A stretch of 64,000 nt of DNA from Candidatus Omnitrophota bacterium (GTDB lineage Bacteria > Omnitrophota > Gorgyraeia > Zapsychrales > Fredricksoniimonadaceae). Positions 9,953 to 20,655 of the stretch are shown here, piece by piece (positions within the stretch are counted from its first letter, which is position 1; every line of letters begins with the position of its first letter). The notes under the pieces were generated by a model. That model was not told where the DNA came from. It worked only from the letters and a program-made list of their open reading frames with translations, and did no database searches. The translations under genes were made by a program, and so were the position numbers. Location of the stretch: positions 15,369-79,368 of the forward strand of contig CAIUQE010000006.1 in the NCBI GenBank assembly GCA_903901225.1, given 5' to 3'.

Positions 9953-12139
9953 ATGTCGATTAGAATGTCACTTCCTATGAATTTCGCGGACACCTTATCC
10001 AAATATAATTTTCCCGAGGAATACAAACAAGCCCTTCTCGCCACGGGGATCGTGACGCTCCATCCCCCGCAGGCCGCCGCCATTGACGCTGGCGTCCTGG
10101 AAGGGAAGAACGTCGTCCTGGCCGTACCCACGGCTTCGGGAAAAACCCTGATCGCGGAACTGGCCATGCTCAAGGCCATCTTTGAAAAGAACGGCCGCTG
10201 CCTCTACATCGCGCCGCTGAAAGCTTTGGCCAGCGAAAAATACCGGGAGTTCCAGAAAAAATACGCGCCCCTGGGCATCAAGGTCGGGATCGCCATCGGC
10301 GACCTTGACTCGCCCAGCGCCTATCTGAAGAATTACCAGATCGTGATCGCGACCGCCGAAAAAGTGGACTCGCTCCTGCGCGCGCGCTCCGACTGGTTCA
10401 TCAATGACCTGGCGGTCACGGTGTTCGACGAGATCCATGTCATCAACGACCCCTCCCGCGGCCCGACGCTCGAGATCCTCGCCACCCGCATCCGCCTGCT
10501 GAACCCGGCGATGCAGGTGCTGGCTTTGTCGGCAACGGTGGCCAACGCCAAAGACATGGCGGACTGGCTCGGAGCCGGAGCTGTCGTCAGCTCATGGCGG
10601 CCCATTCCCCTGCACGAAGGCGTTTACTACAACGGCCGGCTGACCTATGAGAACGGCAACATCCGCGTGATCAAGGAAGATGCCCCGGAAGAGGTCCAGC
10701 AGCTGGTGATGGACACCCTGCGCGGCAAAGGGCAGGCGCTGGTCTTCGTCAATTCACGGCGCTCAACGCAGGCGGTGGCCCGCGAACTTTGCCGCTGGGT
10801 GGGGACACTTCTGACACCGGAAGAGCGGGAGACGCTCAAAGATGTCGCCGCGCGCGTCGCACCACCGCTGGAAAGCACCAAGGTCTGTCAAAAACTCGCG
10901 GAGGTCGTGATCCATGGCGTCGCCTTCCACCACGCGGGCCTGCGTCCCGACCAGCGGGAAGCGGTCGAGGAGAATTTCAAAAAGAATATCATCAAGGTGA
11001 TCTGCTGCACACCCACGCTGGCCGCCGGGGTCAACCTGCCGGCCCGGCGCGCGATCATCCGCGACGCCAAACGCTACGCCTCGGGCGTGGGGTCTGTTTT
11101 CATCCCGGCTTCCGAATACAAGCAATGTGCCGGCCGCGCGGGGCGTCCCCAGTACGATGACTACGGCGAAGCCGTACTGCTCGCGAAATCCCTTTCCGAC
11201 CAGGACGCTTTGTTCGAGCGCTTTATCCTCGCGCCCCCCGAGCCCGTGATGTCCCAGCTGGCCAATGAGCACCAGCTGCGCAAACACGTCCTTGCCTCGA
11301 TCGCGGGAGGCTATGTCAATGATGTCAACGGGATGTTCGAATTCCTCAGCCACACCTTCCTTGCGCATCAGCACAAGGGCGCGAATCTGGTCGAACTTGT
11401 GGGCAACATCTTTGACTTCCTGCACAAAGAACAGTTCATCGACAAGAGCGGCTTCCGTTTTTTTGCCACGCCTTTCGGCGCGCGGGTCAGCCGCCTTTAC
11501 ATCGACCCTCTCTCGGCGCTGGTCATCCGCAAAGGCCTGGCGCGGATCGCCTCAGGCGCGAATTTTTCGTCGATCGGGATATTGCACCTGATCTGCTCCT
11601 GCCCCGACAGTGAAAAACTTTCCGTGGGCAAGACCGACCTGGAAGACCTCGAGGATTTCGGCAACAAGGTCGTTGACGAACTGGCGCTGTCGCCAGAGGA
11701 TATTGAAGCCACGCAGGACCACTACACCGCGCTGGGCGTCCTCAAGACCGTCTGGCTTTTATTGCGCTGGATGGATGAAGAAAAAGAGGAAGATATCTGC
11801 GAACGCTTCAATGTGGGCCCCGGTGATGTTTTCCGCCACACGGAATCGGCCCAGTGGCTGCTCTACGCCGCCCAGTCCATTGCCGAGGTCTACCAGTTCA
11901 AGCAACTGACCCATTTTCTCAACGGGCTCCAGAGCCGCGTGCGTTACGGGATCAAGGAAGAGCTCCTGGAACTGGCGAACCTGCGGGGCATCGGCCGCAT
12001 CCGCAGCCGCATCCTTTTCAACAAGGGCTACAAAACCATCGCCGCGCTCGGGAAACTCTCCGCCGAAGACCTGGGCCACATCAAAGGCATCGGGCTGGCT
12101 TTGGCCAAAGACATCCTGAAACAAACCGCCTCACGATGA
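9953..12139 (+). CDS. Hel308/Ski2-like superfamily-2 DNA helicase with C-terminal helix-hairpin-helix domain
   Basis: 728 aa. Q-motif and Walker A (AVPTASGKT), DEIH box, SAT motif ([10 protein letters not shown]), and C-terminal HhH ([46 protein letters not shown]). The size and domain order match archaeal Hel308/Hjm. Confidence 0.8.
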   Translation: MSIRMSLPMNFADTLSKYNFPEEYKQALLATGIVTLHPPQAAAIDAGVLEGKNVVLAVPTASGKTLIAELAMLKAIFEKNGRCLYIAPLKALASEKYREFQKKYAPLGIKVGIAIGDLDSPSAYLKNYQIVIATAEKVDSLLRARSDWFINDLAVTVFDEIHVINDPSRGPTLEILATRIRLLNPAMQVLALSATVANAKDMADWLGAGAVVSSWRPIPLHEGVYYNGRLTYENGNIRVIKEDAPEEVQQLVMDTLRGKGQALVFVNSRRSTQAVARELCRWVGTLLTPEERETLKDVAARVAPPLESTKVCQKLAEVVIHGVAFHHAGLRPDQREAVEENFKKNIIKVICCTPTLAAGVNLPARRAIIRDAKRYASGVGSVFIPASEYKQCAGRAGRPQYDDYGEAVLLAKSLSDQDALFERFILAPPEPVMSQLANEHQLRKHVLASIAGGYVNDVNGMFEFLSHTFLAHQHKGANLVELVGNIFDFLHKEQFIDKSGFRFFATPFGARVSRLYIDPLSALVIRKGLARIASGANFSSIGILHLICSCPDSEKLSVGKTDLEDLEDFGNKVVDELALSPEDIEATQDHYTALGVLKTVWLLLRWMDEEKEEDICERFNVGPGDVFRHTESAQWLLYAAQSIAEVYQFKQLTHFLNGLQSRVRYGIKEELLELANLRGIGRIRSRILFNKGYKTIAALGKLSAEDLGHIKGIGLALAKDILKQTASR

Positions 12140-15100
12140 CGTTCCCGTCCCCGCGCCAAAGCCCATAAAATTCCGAACATCACTCACCGGCTGAACATTG
12201 ATGATCAGCGGCAGGATACCCTGGACGTCCTGGTCCAGCGCCTTGACCTGCGCCGGAGAAAGGTCGAACCTGAATGCCCCCGCGTCACCCTGGACATCCA
12301 TCCCCGCGGCCTGGTCCGTGAGGTCGATACCGCCGTCGATCTCGGCTTTAGTGGACTGACTGCGGTCCTTGCCATTCCGATGCGACACCGGTTTGTTCTT
12401 AGGACGACTCTTATAATTATTCCCCTTAGCCACCCCATTACGGCCATCTGGTTTCATTACAAGAAGGGGTTTACTTAAAGCAACCGTTGTTTTCATGTTG
12501 TTTATTTTTTGATCCTCTTGTTTACCTGCAAAGCTGGCCTCGTAGAATCTGCGAGCTGTACGCCCATTTTTCTCCATGAACTTCTCAGCCTCCTGTCCCG
12601 ATAAAGGCATCAAATACACCACATCGCCATATCGCGCACCGGACACAGCGCTCGCCTCTTGCTGGGCAAGGAACAACGCATAACGTGCCTCGCCATAACG
12701 GGAAAAAAGTACCATAAAATGCCTGAATCGCGGGTCTGACTTTTCACGCATATCTTTGACCCACTTTCGCGTAGCAACCTTCGCCTGAGAGTTGCCATTT
12801 AAAAATTCTTCAAAGGGGATTTTATTTACCTTACAAAAAGACGCCATGGCATCCCTGGCACTATCCCTTTTGCCAACAGCCTTTTGAACATTTATTACAG
12901 TTATCTTTTTGACCGAAATGCGTTCTTCCGCAGAAAGCAAAGACAATTCGATTATTCTTTTATAAGTTTCATACGTTCTTGGCCCTCCCACATTCCATGA
13001 AGCTCCCCACGTGATAATTAAGATCCGTTCTGGTGACAATTGAGGATATTCTTTACATAACTGCACAAATGATGCCACCATTGATCTGCGTGACGCAAGC
13101 CGGGTCTTTATCTTGGCTGGCATGGTCACCTGTCCTCGCAACATATCAAACGAACGGGAGTAATAATCATCGGCGGGAACATAGGGCTCCCTGGCAAAGA
13201 TATCATCCATGAACGTTAGTTGAAAGATCAACTGCAACTTGGTATCATTCATCCCCATTTTAAACGCTTTCGGAACAAGCCAATGATCCTTATCTGCCAT
13301 ATATCCCATGGCTTTCGACAGGGCAACAACATGTTTATATTCACGCTCATAACCCGCCCCTCTTAAACGCTCCAGCACTGGTATCGCGATCTTGAACATC
13401 TGTTGGGCTGTTGTGGGTTGGATCTGCAAATATCCGATGGTCGACGAGCGCTCCTTGGCATCCCGAAGGGACTGATTATTCCCGAAACCACTTTCAATGC
13501 CCGACTCCCCGATCCATATCTGGAACAAAACCCTGGAGGATATGCCCGCGGCCTTGAAATTCGGCGCCAGATCATCGTAATACCGCTGGAACATTTTTGC
13601 CATGTCATCGTACGTCGCATTTGGTTTTCCCATCATTTTGATCAGGATTTCCTGGGCGGTGTATTTCTTCGTGGGACGGCCACTCCTGCCATCTTCCAAT
13701 ATCTTGAAATTCTTTGCCACATTCTGAAGCATTTCCTTAACATCCTGCCCGGTCAACTTTTTTTCCTTCTGTTCCACAACGGCAATATGTTTCGGGATCG
13801 CCAGCTTCTCAATCACAAATTTACCGCCGACCGCCATCGCCACGGCCAACGACAACCCCAACAATATCTTTCCACCTGAAGAAGATTTATTCTCAATCCC
13901 GGATTTTATGGCCCTGGCCAATGTCGTGACAAGTTTAACAGCCACCTCCTTAAAACTCCCCTGGGCATTGTCGGGTGAACCATCCTTGACATCCATCGAA
14001 GCATCCATATCTTCCGCCACAAACCCGCCGGAGAAATATTTGCGCGGGATAAGTTCCTGGGAATAAGTATCGAGCTCTTCCTTGATCAGGCTGTAAGCGC
14101 CTTTCCGGAACGCCTCAACGTACCTGTCATAGATCTGCCGGTTCTCTTCCCGCGGATGCGCGATCTCATTGCCCTGCGTCTTGTGCCGGTCGATGAACAC
14201 CTGCGCGAACACATTGGCGTCCGTCCCTTGTATTCCCGTCACAAGCCCGGCACTGGCCATCAATTTCCTCTTGAGCCAGGCCGAAAGGACGAGCGCGTGA
14301 ACGATCTGGCGAAGCATGGCAAAATTCGCGCCTTCATTGACCTCTTTCTCCAGCACCGGTAACACAATCTCGCGCAGGACCCCTTTGGCCAGGAGGACGG
14401 CACTATTGTCAGGTACACCAGCTGCGGGCACAAGCGCATTGGCCTGCGCCGCTGTAACATCCCCGGCAGGAGCCGGGGATTCCGCCATGCCCCTCTGATG
14501 GGACATGGCTACATAGTCAGATTCCAGCATGACCTTGAGCTCAACCTTATCCACGAACGCGGATATCTGCTTGCCATCGGGGCCCAGCATCTCGTGGACC
14601 AGCGAACGGCCGGGCATGATCCAGACCTTGTTGAACGTATCGACCGGGATATCGGTGGTGCCATAAGCCTCGTAGGCGCGGCGGTACACTTCCTTCCAGA
14701 ACACCTTGCCCGTCTCACCGTCAGGATGAAGGAGCGATGCGGTCAACTGCTTGAGGATATAATCCTGGGCCAGCAGGTCGCGCCCCATGGCCGTGCGCCC
14801 GAGGTCCTCCTGGACAATCCGCTGGCTTTCATACGGTGACAGGTTGACCCACAGGTCCTTGTTCGGGATCGTCAGCGACACCAGAAAATATTTGATGAGC
14901 CGCATCGAGACATCATTGAATTCCTGTTGTGCCAGCGCCGCGCGGCCTTCATCGAACAGGAAATCCATGCGCAAAGGGTCACTCGCGTCCACGCGCATCC
15001 CCCGCAGGAGGCACGGCGCGCTCGCGGGGCTGAGCGCCACCATCTGCCCCGCGGGCGGAAGGACAAGCCCCTGGGCCATGGCCGCGGGCACGACCCCGGT

Positions 15101-15148
15101 CACGATGAACGCCAGACAGACAATGGACGCAACCATACGCCTTATCAT
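12131..15148 (-). CDS. Modular envelope protein: signal-peptide-like N-terminus, conserved ~350-aa N-module, hydrophobic segment, SLT lytic-transglycosylase-like domain, conserved C-terminal GGIDL module (paralog A)
   Basis: 1005 aa. N-terminal [25 protein letters not shown]. The N-module ([30 protein letters not shown]..., [19 protein letters not shown]) is shared with the ORFs at 22371-25583 and 25764-28748. The SLT signature is [15 protein letters not shown]...[11 protein letters not shown]. The C-terminus GGIDLTDQ...[21 protein letters not shown] is shared with the two paralogs. Confidence 0.8.
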   Translation of the reverse strand: MIRRMVASIVCLAFIVTGVVPAAMAQGLVLPPAGQMVALSPASAPCLLRGMRVDASDPLRMDFLFDEGRAALAQQEFNDVSMRLIKYFLVSLTIPNKDLWVNLSPYESQRIVQEDLGRTAMGRDLLAQDYILKQLTASLLHPDGETGKVFWKEVYRRAYEAYGTTDIPVDTFNKVWIMPGRSLVHEMLGPDGKQISAFVDKVELKVMLESDYVAMSHQRGMAESPAPAGDVTAAQANALVPAAGVPDNSAVLLAKGVLREIVLPVLEKEVNEGANFAMLRQIVHALVLSAWLKRKLMASAGLVTGIQGTDANVFAQVFIDRHKTQGNEIAHPREENRQIYDRYVEAFRKGAYSLIKEELDTYSQELIPRKYFSGGFVAEDMDASMDVKDGSPDNAQGSFKEVAVKLVTTLARAIKSGIENKSSSGGKILLGLSLAVAMAVGGKFVIEKLAIPKHIAVVEQKEKKLTGQDVKEMLQNVAKNFKILEDGRSGRPTKKYTAQEILIKMMGKPNATYDDMAKMFQRYYDDLAPNFKAAGISSRVLFQIWIGESGIESGFGNNQSLRDAKERSSTIGYLQIQPTTAQQMFKIAIPVLERLRGAGYEREYKHVVALSKAMGYMADKDHWLVPKAFKMGMNDTKLQLIFQLTFMDDIFAREPYVPADDYYSRSFDMLRGQVTMPAKIKTRLASRRSMVASFVQLCKEYPQLSPERILIITWGASWNVGGPRTYETYKRIIELSLLSAEERISVKKITVINVQKAVGKRDSARDAMASFCKVNKIPFEEFLNGNSQAKVATRKWVKDMREKSDPRFRHFMVLFSRYGEARYALFLAQQEASAVSGARYGDVVYLMPLSGQEAEKFMEKNGRTARRFYEASFAGKQEDQKINNMKTTVALSKPLLVMKPDGRNGVAKGNNYKSRPKNKPVSHRNGKDRSQSTKAEIDGGIDLTDQAAGMDVQGDAGAFRFDLSPAQVKALDQDVQGILPLIINVQPVSDVRNFMGFGAGTGTSS

Positions 15149-15230
15149 TTCAGATCCTCAATGTTCGTTCGGACAACGCTACCACCATTAAAAGTATAGA
15201 CTAGTTATAGGTGTGAAAACAACGGGAGGG

Positions 15231-15258
15231 AGAATAAAACGGGAAAGCGGTTTCCCTG
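15231..15258 (-). terminator. Putative rho-independent terminator downstream of recO
   Basis: Hairpin GGGAAAGCGGTTTCCC at 15241-15256. On the minus strand it is followed by GTTTTATT. Confidence 0.45.
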
Positions 15259-15289
15259 GAAGAACAACCTTTGACGTAAAGTATTAGTA

Positions 15290-16027
15290 TTAGTCGAGAT
15301 ACTTCGCTGATTTAATATTCCGTTCTAAATGATATATTAAAAAATTATTCAGGACCTGCCTCAATTCCTGCTTCACGGACAAAGGCAGGACAAGTTTGAG
15401 GCACTGCGCCCAGGGATGCTTGCCCGCGTATACCAGCGAGGCAATGGTCCCGGGTGATAACGTAACAAGCCCCATGTCTTTCCTTTGACAACGGGGACAG
15501 ACAAGCCCGCCCTTGTACGTGCTGAACTTTTCCCGGCCCGACAACCCCCCGCCGCACTGAACGCACGAGTCGATATGCGGCTGGAATCCGGAAAGGGCCA
15601 GCACCTTGATCTGGAACAGATGGACGAGCCGTCCCACATCGCGTGCCGTCCCGAGGGCCGCGCAGTAATCCAGAAGGAGCTCATACACCGCCTCATTCTT
15701 CTGCTCGACGGGCATGATCTTGTTGACCAGTTCGCAGGCATACTCGCCCGCCGTGATGCGCCGGATGTCGCGGCGCACATCGGGAAAATATTCCTTCATG
15801 TCGCACTGGCTAACGAGGTGCACGTCACTGTTGCGGTACTGGTAATAGACAATGTCGTTGACGGAAAGCTTGTCGAGCGAAGTGTGGAACTTGCGGGGAT
15901 CCTTGCGGATGCCTTTGAGGACGCCCGTCACCTTCCCGTGCGAGCGGGTGAAGAAAAAAGCGATCTTGCTGGTCTCGCGCAGGTCGATCGAACGGAGGAC
16001 TATCCCTTCAGCGGCAATGATAGCCAT
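15290..16027 (-). CDS. recO: DNA repair protein RecO
   Basis: 245 aa with an OB-fold N-terminus and a C4 zinc motif (CVQCGG...CPRCQ). Typical RecO length. Confidence 0.85.
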   Translation of the reverse strand: MAIIAAEGIVLRSIDLRETSKIAFFFTRSHGKVTGVLKGIRKDPRKFHTSLDKLSVNDIVYYQYRNSDVHLVSQCDMKEYFPDVRRDIRRITAGEYACELVNKIMPVEQKNEAVYELLLDYCAALGTARDVGRLVHLFQIKVLALSGFQPHIDSCVQCGGGLSGREKFSTYKGGLVCPRCQRKDMGLVTLSPGTIASLVYAGKHPWAQCLKLVLPLSVKQELRQVLNNFLIYHLERNIKSAKYLD

Positions 16028-16473
16028 GACAGCATCTCATCCTCTTTACGGCGCATCAGCGCGCGTTCACCGGGCGTGGCGTCATCATGCCCCAGAAGAT
16101 GGAGGATGCCGTGCGCCACATAACGCAACACTTCACGGCGGGGCGCCTCGCCGAACAGGCGCGCGTTGCGGTACGCCTCGGCCGGGCAAATGACCAGCTC
16201 CCCGTCGAAAGGCGCACGGGCGTGGTCCCTGAGGTCAAAGGTGATGATATCCGTCACATGGTCATGCCCCAGCCGCTCGCGGTTAAGGCGGCGCATGGCC
16301 GTGGGCGTCACAAAAGCAATGGAAAGCGTCCCGGCCTTCACGCCCGAACGGGCAAGGAATGTCGCGGCAGCCTTACTGGCCGCCGGGGCCGTCAGAGGGA
16401 CTTTCGTCCGCTGTGGATTTGCTACCGTGATTTCCATTGGCCTTTTTAGGATTGGGATATTTGACGCGGACAT
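16000..16473 (-). CDS. ybeY: Endoribonuclease YbeY (rRNA maturation factor)
   Basis: Conserved HGILHLLGHDD metal-binding motif and ~150 aa size. The start codon is uncertain because the ORF overlaps the upstream gene. Confidence 0.85.
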   Translation of the reverse strand: MSASNIPILKRPMEITVANPQRTKVPLTAPAASKAAATFLARSGVKAGTLSIAFVTPTAMRRLNRERLGHDHVTDIITFDLRDHARAPFDGELVICPAEAYRNARLFGEAPRREVLRYVAHGILHLLGHDDATPGERALMRRKEDEMLSWLSLPLKG

Positions 16474-17803
16474 GGTACATGGCGGAAAGCTCGCGCGAGA
16501 ACATCCGCGTCACGGTATCGATCTCGCGCAGCGTGAGCGCGCACTCGTCAAGCTGCCCGTCGATGAATTTGTTGTTGATGACCTTGCGGACCATGTCGCT
16601 GATCCTGTTGGGCGTGTGCTCGTCCAGCGCGCGGGTGGCGCCTTCGACGGAGTCCGCCAACATGACGATCGCGGTCTCACGGGTCTGCGGCTTCGGCCCG
16701 AGATAGCGGTAGTTCTCCTCGTTCACCGATTCCGTTTCCTGCTCGATCAACGCCTTCTGGTAAAAATAATGGATCAGGCTGGTGCCATGGTGCTGCTGGA
16801 TAAAATCGATCAGCTTCGGGCTCAACTTGGCCCGGCGCGCGATGTCGACCCCTTCCTTGACGTGGTTGAGGATCACCAGGCGGCTCATCGACGGCTCAAG
16901 GTCGTCGTGCTTGTTGTCCGCCATCATCTGGTTCTCGGTGAAATACTCGGGCTTCACCAGTTTGCCGATGTCATGGTAATAGGCGCCGACCCGCACCAAA
17001 AGCGCGTTCGCGCCGATGGCATCCGCCGCGGCCCCCGCCAGGTTACTGAGGATCAGGCTGTGATGGTACGTGCCCGGCGCTTCGAAAGCGAGGCGTTTCA
17101 ACAGGGGCTGCGTGAGCGAATCCGAAAGCTCCAGCAGGCTGAAATTCGTCAGTTCACCGAAAAGCGTTTCAAAGATCTTGAGCGTCGCCAGGACCGCCGC
17201 CGCGGACAAAAGGCCGCTGGTAAAGAACGGCTCCAGGCCGTCGAGCAAAAGCTCTCTGGAAAATACCGGATGCACCAGGAAATAGCCAATGGCCTGTACC
17301 GCGCCCAGCAGGAGTCCGGCGAAAAGGATCGTGCCGCGGGTCCGCGCGCCGCTGATGGCGTAAGCCCCGGTCAACCCGCCGATAAAAACAATGATGCAAT
17401 AATCCAGCGGCATGCCGATCACAAGGCTCAGGACCGCGGCCGACATGAACGACATCGAGAACGCCAGCTGGAGGTCATTGAACAACAGCATGGCCAGCAT
17501 GGCCACGCTCGCCACGGGGATGGCGTACGGCGAAAAATGCAGGAACTCGACCATGTAATGCCCCGTGACGACAATGATCGTCAGAAGGAACCCGAGGTGC
17601 AGGAAGCGTTTGGCGTCAAGATGCCTGAAAAAAGCCAGATGGCACCCGTAAAAGGCCACAAGCAAAGGGATGAGCAAAGAAAACCCGGCCACCATGCAGT
17701 AGCCGAGCAGAATGAAAAAGAAAATACCTGCCGCGATGATGCCGTTGGTGGGTTTATTTATGATAGTGGTCATAAGCTTCAATGATCTTCTGCACCAGTT
17801 CAT
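16373..17803 (-). CDS. Membrane-associated HD superfamily phosphohydrolase (7TM-HD, PgpH/YqfF-like)
   Basis: Multiple N-terminal transmembrane helices followed by an HD domain (GAYYHDIGKL ... HHGTSLIHYF). Lies in the conserved phoH-pgpH-ybeY arrangement. The start may be the downstream Met at 17773. Confidence 0.8.
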   Translation of the reverse strand: MNWCRRSLKLMTTIINKPTNGIIAAGIFFFILLGYCMVAGFSLLIPLLVAFYGCHLAFFRHLDAKRFLHLGFLLTIIVVTGHYMVEFLHFSPYAIPVASVAMLAMLLFNDLQLAFSMSFMSAAVLSLVIGMPLDYCIIVFIGGLTGAYAISGARTRGTILFAGLLLGAVQAIGYFLVHPVFSRELLLDGLEPFFTSGLLSAAAVLATLKIFETLFGELTNFSLLELSDSLTQPLLKRLAFEAPGTYHHSLILSNLAGAAADAIGANALLVRVGAYYHDIGKLVKPEYFTENQMMADNKHDDLEPSMSRLVILNHVKEGVDIARRAKLSPKLIDFIQQHHGTSLIHYFYQKALIEQETESVNEENYRYLGPKPQTRETAIVMLADSVEGATRALDEHTPNRISDMVRKVINNKFIDGQLDECALTLREIDTVTRMFSRELSAMYHVRVKYPNPKKANGNHGSKSTADESPSDGPGGQ

Positions 17804-18701
17804 GACGGACCGTGTCCGCGGCCGTCAAGTGCACGAACTTGATCTCTTCGACGTTGCGCAGGACTTTCTCCGCCTCGATCAGCCCGATCGGCTGGCCCGA
17901 AGGAAGGTCGCTCTGGGTGACATCGCCCGTGATGATGGTCTTGGAATCGAAGCCGAGGCGCGTCAGGAACATCTTCATCTGTTCGGGGGTCGAGTTCTGC
18001 GCCTCGTCAAGGATGACGAACGCCTCGTTGAACGTGCGCCCGCGCATATACGCCAGGGGCGCAACCTCGATGATCCCCTGTTCCGCGTACTGCTCGACCT
18101 TGTCAGGCTCCAACATTTCATAGAGCGCGTCATACAGCGGCCTGAGGTAAGGCATGACCTTCTGTTCCAGTTCACCCGGAAGAAAACCCAGGTTCTCGCC
18201 CGCCTCGACGGCCGGACGGGTCAAAATGATACGGCGCACGAGGCCTTTCTTAAGCGCGTTGACCGCCATGGCCATGGCAAGATAGGTCTTACCCGTGCCC
18301 GCCGGGCCTATGCCAAAAACAATATCGAATTTCTTGATGGCTTCAACATATTCGATCTGCCCCTTGGTCTTGGGCGTGATGAGCCCTCCCTTGACCGGCA
18401 GTTCGATCTTTTCCTTGGAGAGGCGCTTGAGCCCGTCCTCTTTTTCCACCTCCGCGACACGGTTGGCATACTGGATATCGCGTTTCTTGACGCTGCGCCC
18501 GCTCTTGACGATGCCCAGCAGGTAATTGAAAAGTTCGCCGACCTGGTTGACCTTGTCATCCGGCCCGTCCACCCTCAGACCTTCCTGGATACGATAGATA
18601 CGGACACCAAATTCCTTTTCAATGGTCTTCAGGTTCTCGTCGTATTTCCCGAATAGGTGCTGGATATCGCGATTGTCGTCAAACTTGAGGTTCAGGATCA
18701 T
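17754..18701 (-). CDS. phoH: PhoH-like ATPase (PhoH/YbeZ)
   Basis: Walker A GPAGTGKTYLA. 315 aa with typical PhoH family conservation (ILTRPAVEAGE, FVILDEAQN). Confidence 0.9.
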   Translation of the reverse strand: MILNLKFDDNRDIQHLFGKYDENLKTIEKEFGVRIYRIQEGLRVDGPDDKVNQVGELFNYLLGIVKSGRSVKKRDIQYANRVAEVEKEDGLKRLSKEKIELPVKGGLITPKTKGQIEYVEAIKKFDIVFGIGPAGTGKTYLAMAMAVNALKKGLVRRIILTRPAVEAGENLGFLPGELEQKVMPYLRPLYDALYEMLEPDKVEQYAEQGIIEVAPLAYMRGRTFNEAFVILDEAQNSTPEQMKMFLTRLGFDSKTIITGDVTQSDLPSGQPIGLIEAEKVLRNVEEIKFVHLTAADTVRHELVQKIIEAYDHYHK

Positions 18702-18718
18702 GGGCTGTTATCCTTCTG

Positions 18719-19228
18719 TTATTGCGACGGTGTCTGAGATTTTTCTTCCAACGCGGGGATCTTCAACGCGACCCCCTGCTTGAGGAAATTCGGATCCTTG
18801 ATCACATCACGATTAGCGTCATAGATCTTTGTCCATTTGCTATAAGAACCATAAGACTTCTTGGCGATCTTCTGCAACGTGTCGTCTTTCTGGACAACAT
18901 AGGTCACCGGCTCGGCGACCTGCGGCACAACCTTGACAACGGGCGCGCCGCCCTGCGGCGGCGTAAAATTCTCCGCGGGCGCGGAAGGAACAGCCGTCGC
19001 CTCGGGCACGGGGCCCTGACTTTCCGCTGTTTTCGGTGCGGCTTTATCCTTCTCCACGACTTCGACGACGACCATCTTGCGGGTCTTGACGGGACCCTGC
19101 GTTGACTGGCCAGGAACACCCTGGTCCACGCGCGGCCTGTCGACGACATAAGTCCGCGTGCTCACGCACCCGGACACCGCGGCCAGCGCCGCGCATCCTA
19201 AAACTACGATGAGGATATTCCTGATCAT
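18719..19228 (-). CDS. LysM-domain lipoprotein
   Basis: Lipobox (AAVSGC), a Pro/Ala-rich linker and a C-terminal LysM (YVVQKDDTLQKIAKKSYGSYSKWTKIYDANRDVIKDPNFLKQGVALKIP). Confidence 0.75.
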   Translation of the reverse strand: MIRNILIVVLGCAALAAVSGCVSTRTYVVDRPRVDQGVPGQSTQGPVKTRKMVVVEVVEKDKAAPKTAESQGPVPEATAVPSAPAENFTPPQGGAPVVKVVPQVAEPVTYVVQKDDTLQKIAKKSYGSYSKWTKIYDANRDVIKDPNFLKQGVALKIPALEEKSQTPSQ

Positions 19229-19238
19229 AAACCGCCTC

Positions 19239-20642
19239 CTATATTTTCTTCTTCACTACCGACACAAGCCCCAGGTCCTGCAATTGCTTCGCGTCGACCG
19301 ACGAAGGCGCGTCCGCGAGCGGGCAGGCTCCCCGCTGGGTCTTGGGGAACGCGATGGTATCACGGATGGAATCAAGCCCCGTGAGGATCGCCACAAGACG
19401 GTCAAGCCCGTAGGCGACACCCGCGTGCGGCGGTGCCCCGTACTCGAACGCGCGCAGCAAAAACCCGAAACGCGCCTCGACTTCTTCGGCGCTGATGCCG
19501 ATCGTATCGAATATTTTTTTCTGGATATCCCGGCGGTGGATACGGATCGAACCGGAACCGATCTCGTTACCGTTAAGGACAAGGTCATAGGCCCGCGAAC
19601 GGATCTTCGACAGGTCATTACTCTCCATGAGGGCCACATCGTCCGGATGGACCGACGTGAAGGGATGATGTTCGCTCTCCCAGCGTTTCTCCTCCGCGTT
19701 CCACTTGAACAGCGGGAACTCCGTGACCCACAGGAACGCGAACTCTTCCTTGTTCGTCTTGTCCTTGCGGATATCCGGTTTGTCACAACCATACTGCGCC
19801 ATGGCCTGGGCGTGCGTCATGCGCGGGAACGGTGTCGGCAGATCAATGCCCTTGACCTCCTTGAGGACCGTCCGGAACATGCGCTCCGTCACCGCGTAAA
19901 CATCTTCCTCGTCGACAAACGACATTTCCATGTCGATCTGGGTAAATTCCGGCTGACGGTCCGCGCGCAGGTCCTCATCCCTGAAACATTTGACGACCTG
20001 ATAATAGCGATCCATGCCCGACACCATCAAGAGCTGCTTGAAAAGCTGCGGCGATTGGGGCAACGCGTAGAACTGGCCCAGGTTCAGGCGCGAAGGCACC
20101 AGGAAGTCGCGCGCGCCCTCAGGCGTCGATTTTGTCAGGACAGGGGTTTCAACTTCAATGAAATTTTCGCTGTTAAGGAACGCCCTCACCGTGGCGGCAA
20201 GTTTATGGCGGGTCAGCAGTGTTTCGCGCATCTTGTCGCGGCGCAGATCAAGGTAACGATAGGTCAAACGCAGTTCTTCGGTGACATCACTGTCGCTGTC
20301 GATCTCGAACACCGGGACCTTGCTCTCGTTGAGGATCTCAAGCTCCTTCGCCAGCAGTTCCACACCGCCGGTCGCCATATCCTTGTTAACGTTCTTGTCC
20401 GGCCGCACGCTCACCGAACCCTTGATGCGGATCACGAACTCGGGCCCGAGCTTCTGCGCGGTCTCATGGGCGGGTTTGGCCACCGACGGGACAAAAACGA
20501 CCTGGGTGATGCCGTACCGGTCGCGGATATCAATAAAAATGAGCTTGCCATGGTCGCGGCGGCGATGGACCCAGCCGGTCAATATAACTTCCTGATCTTT
20601 GTGGGCGGGACGAAGCTCGCCACATGTATGCGTGCGTAACAT
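19239..20642 (-). CDS. aspS: Aspartyl-tRNA synthetase, bacterial-type but lacking the GAD insertion domain
   Basis: Canonical N-terminus MLRTHTCGELR (start at 20642; the track ORF extends to 20711) and class II motifs (FRDEDLRADRQPEFTQID, GGxxRIHR). About 467 aa, with a direct junction where the ~130-aa GAD domain normally sits. Confidence 0.88.
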   Translation of the reverse strand: MLRTHTCGELRPAHKDQEVILTGWVHRRRDHGKLIFIDIRDRYGITQVVFVPSVAKPAHETAQKLGPEFVIRIKGSVSVRPDKNVNKDMATGGVELLAKELEILNESKVPVFEIDSDSDVTEELRLTYRYLDLRRDKMRETLLTRHKLAATVRAFLNSENFIEVETPVLTKSTPEGARDFLVPSRLNLGQFYALPQSPQLFKQLLMVSGMDRYYQVVKCFRDEDLRADRQPEFTQIDMEMSFVDEEDVYAVTERMFRTVLKEVKGIDLPTPFPRMTHAQAMAQYGCDKPDIRKDKTNKEEFAFLWVTEFPLFKWNAEEKRWESEHHPFTSVHPDDVALMESNDLSKIRSRAYDLVLNGNEIGSGSIRIHRRDIQKKIFDTIGISAEEVEARFGFLLRAFEYGAPPHAGVAYGLDRLVAILTGLDSIRDTIAFPKTQRGACPLADAPSSVDAKQLQDLGLVSVVKKKI

Positions 20643-20655
20643 GTTAACTGCCTTT

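Noticed and set aside
16166-17785. 539-aa plus-strand ORF
   Set aside because: It is antisense to the 7TM-HD hydrolase and ybeY genes. Arg/Asp/His-rich with no motifs.
19158-20639. 493-aa plus-strand ORF
   Set aside because: It is antisense to aspS, which has unambiguous class II synthetase motifs.
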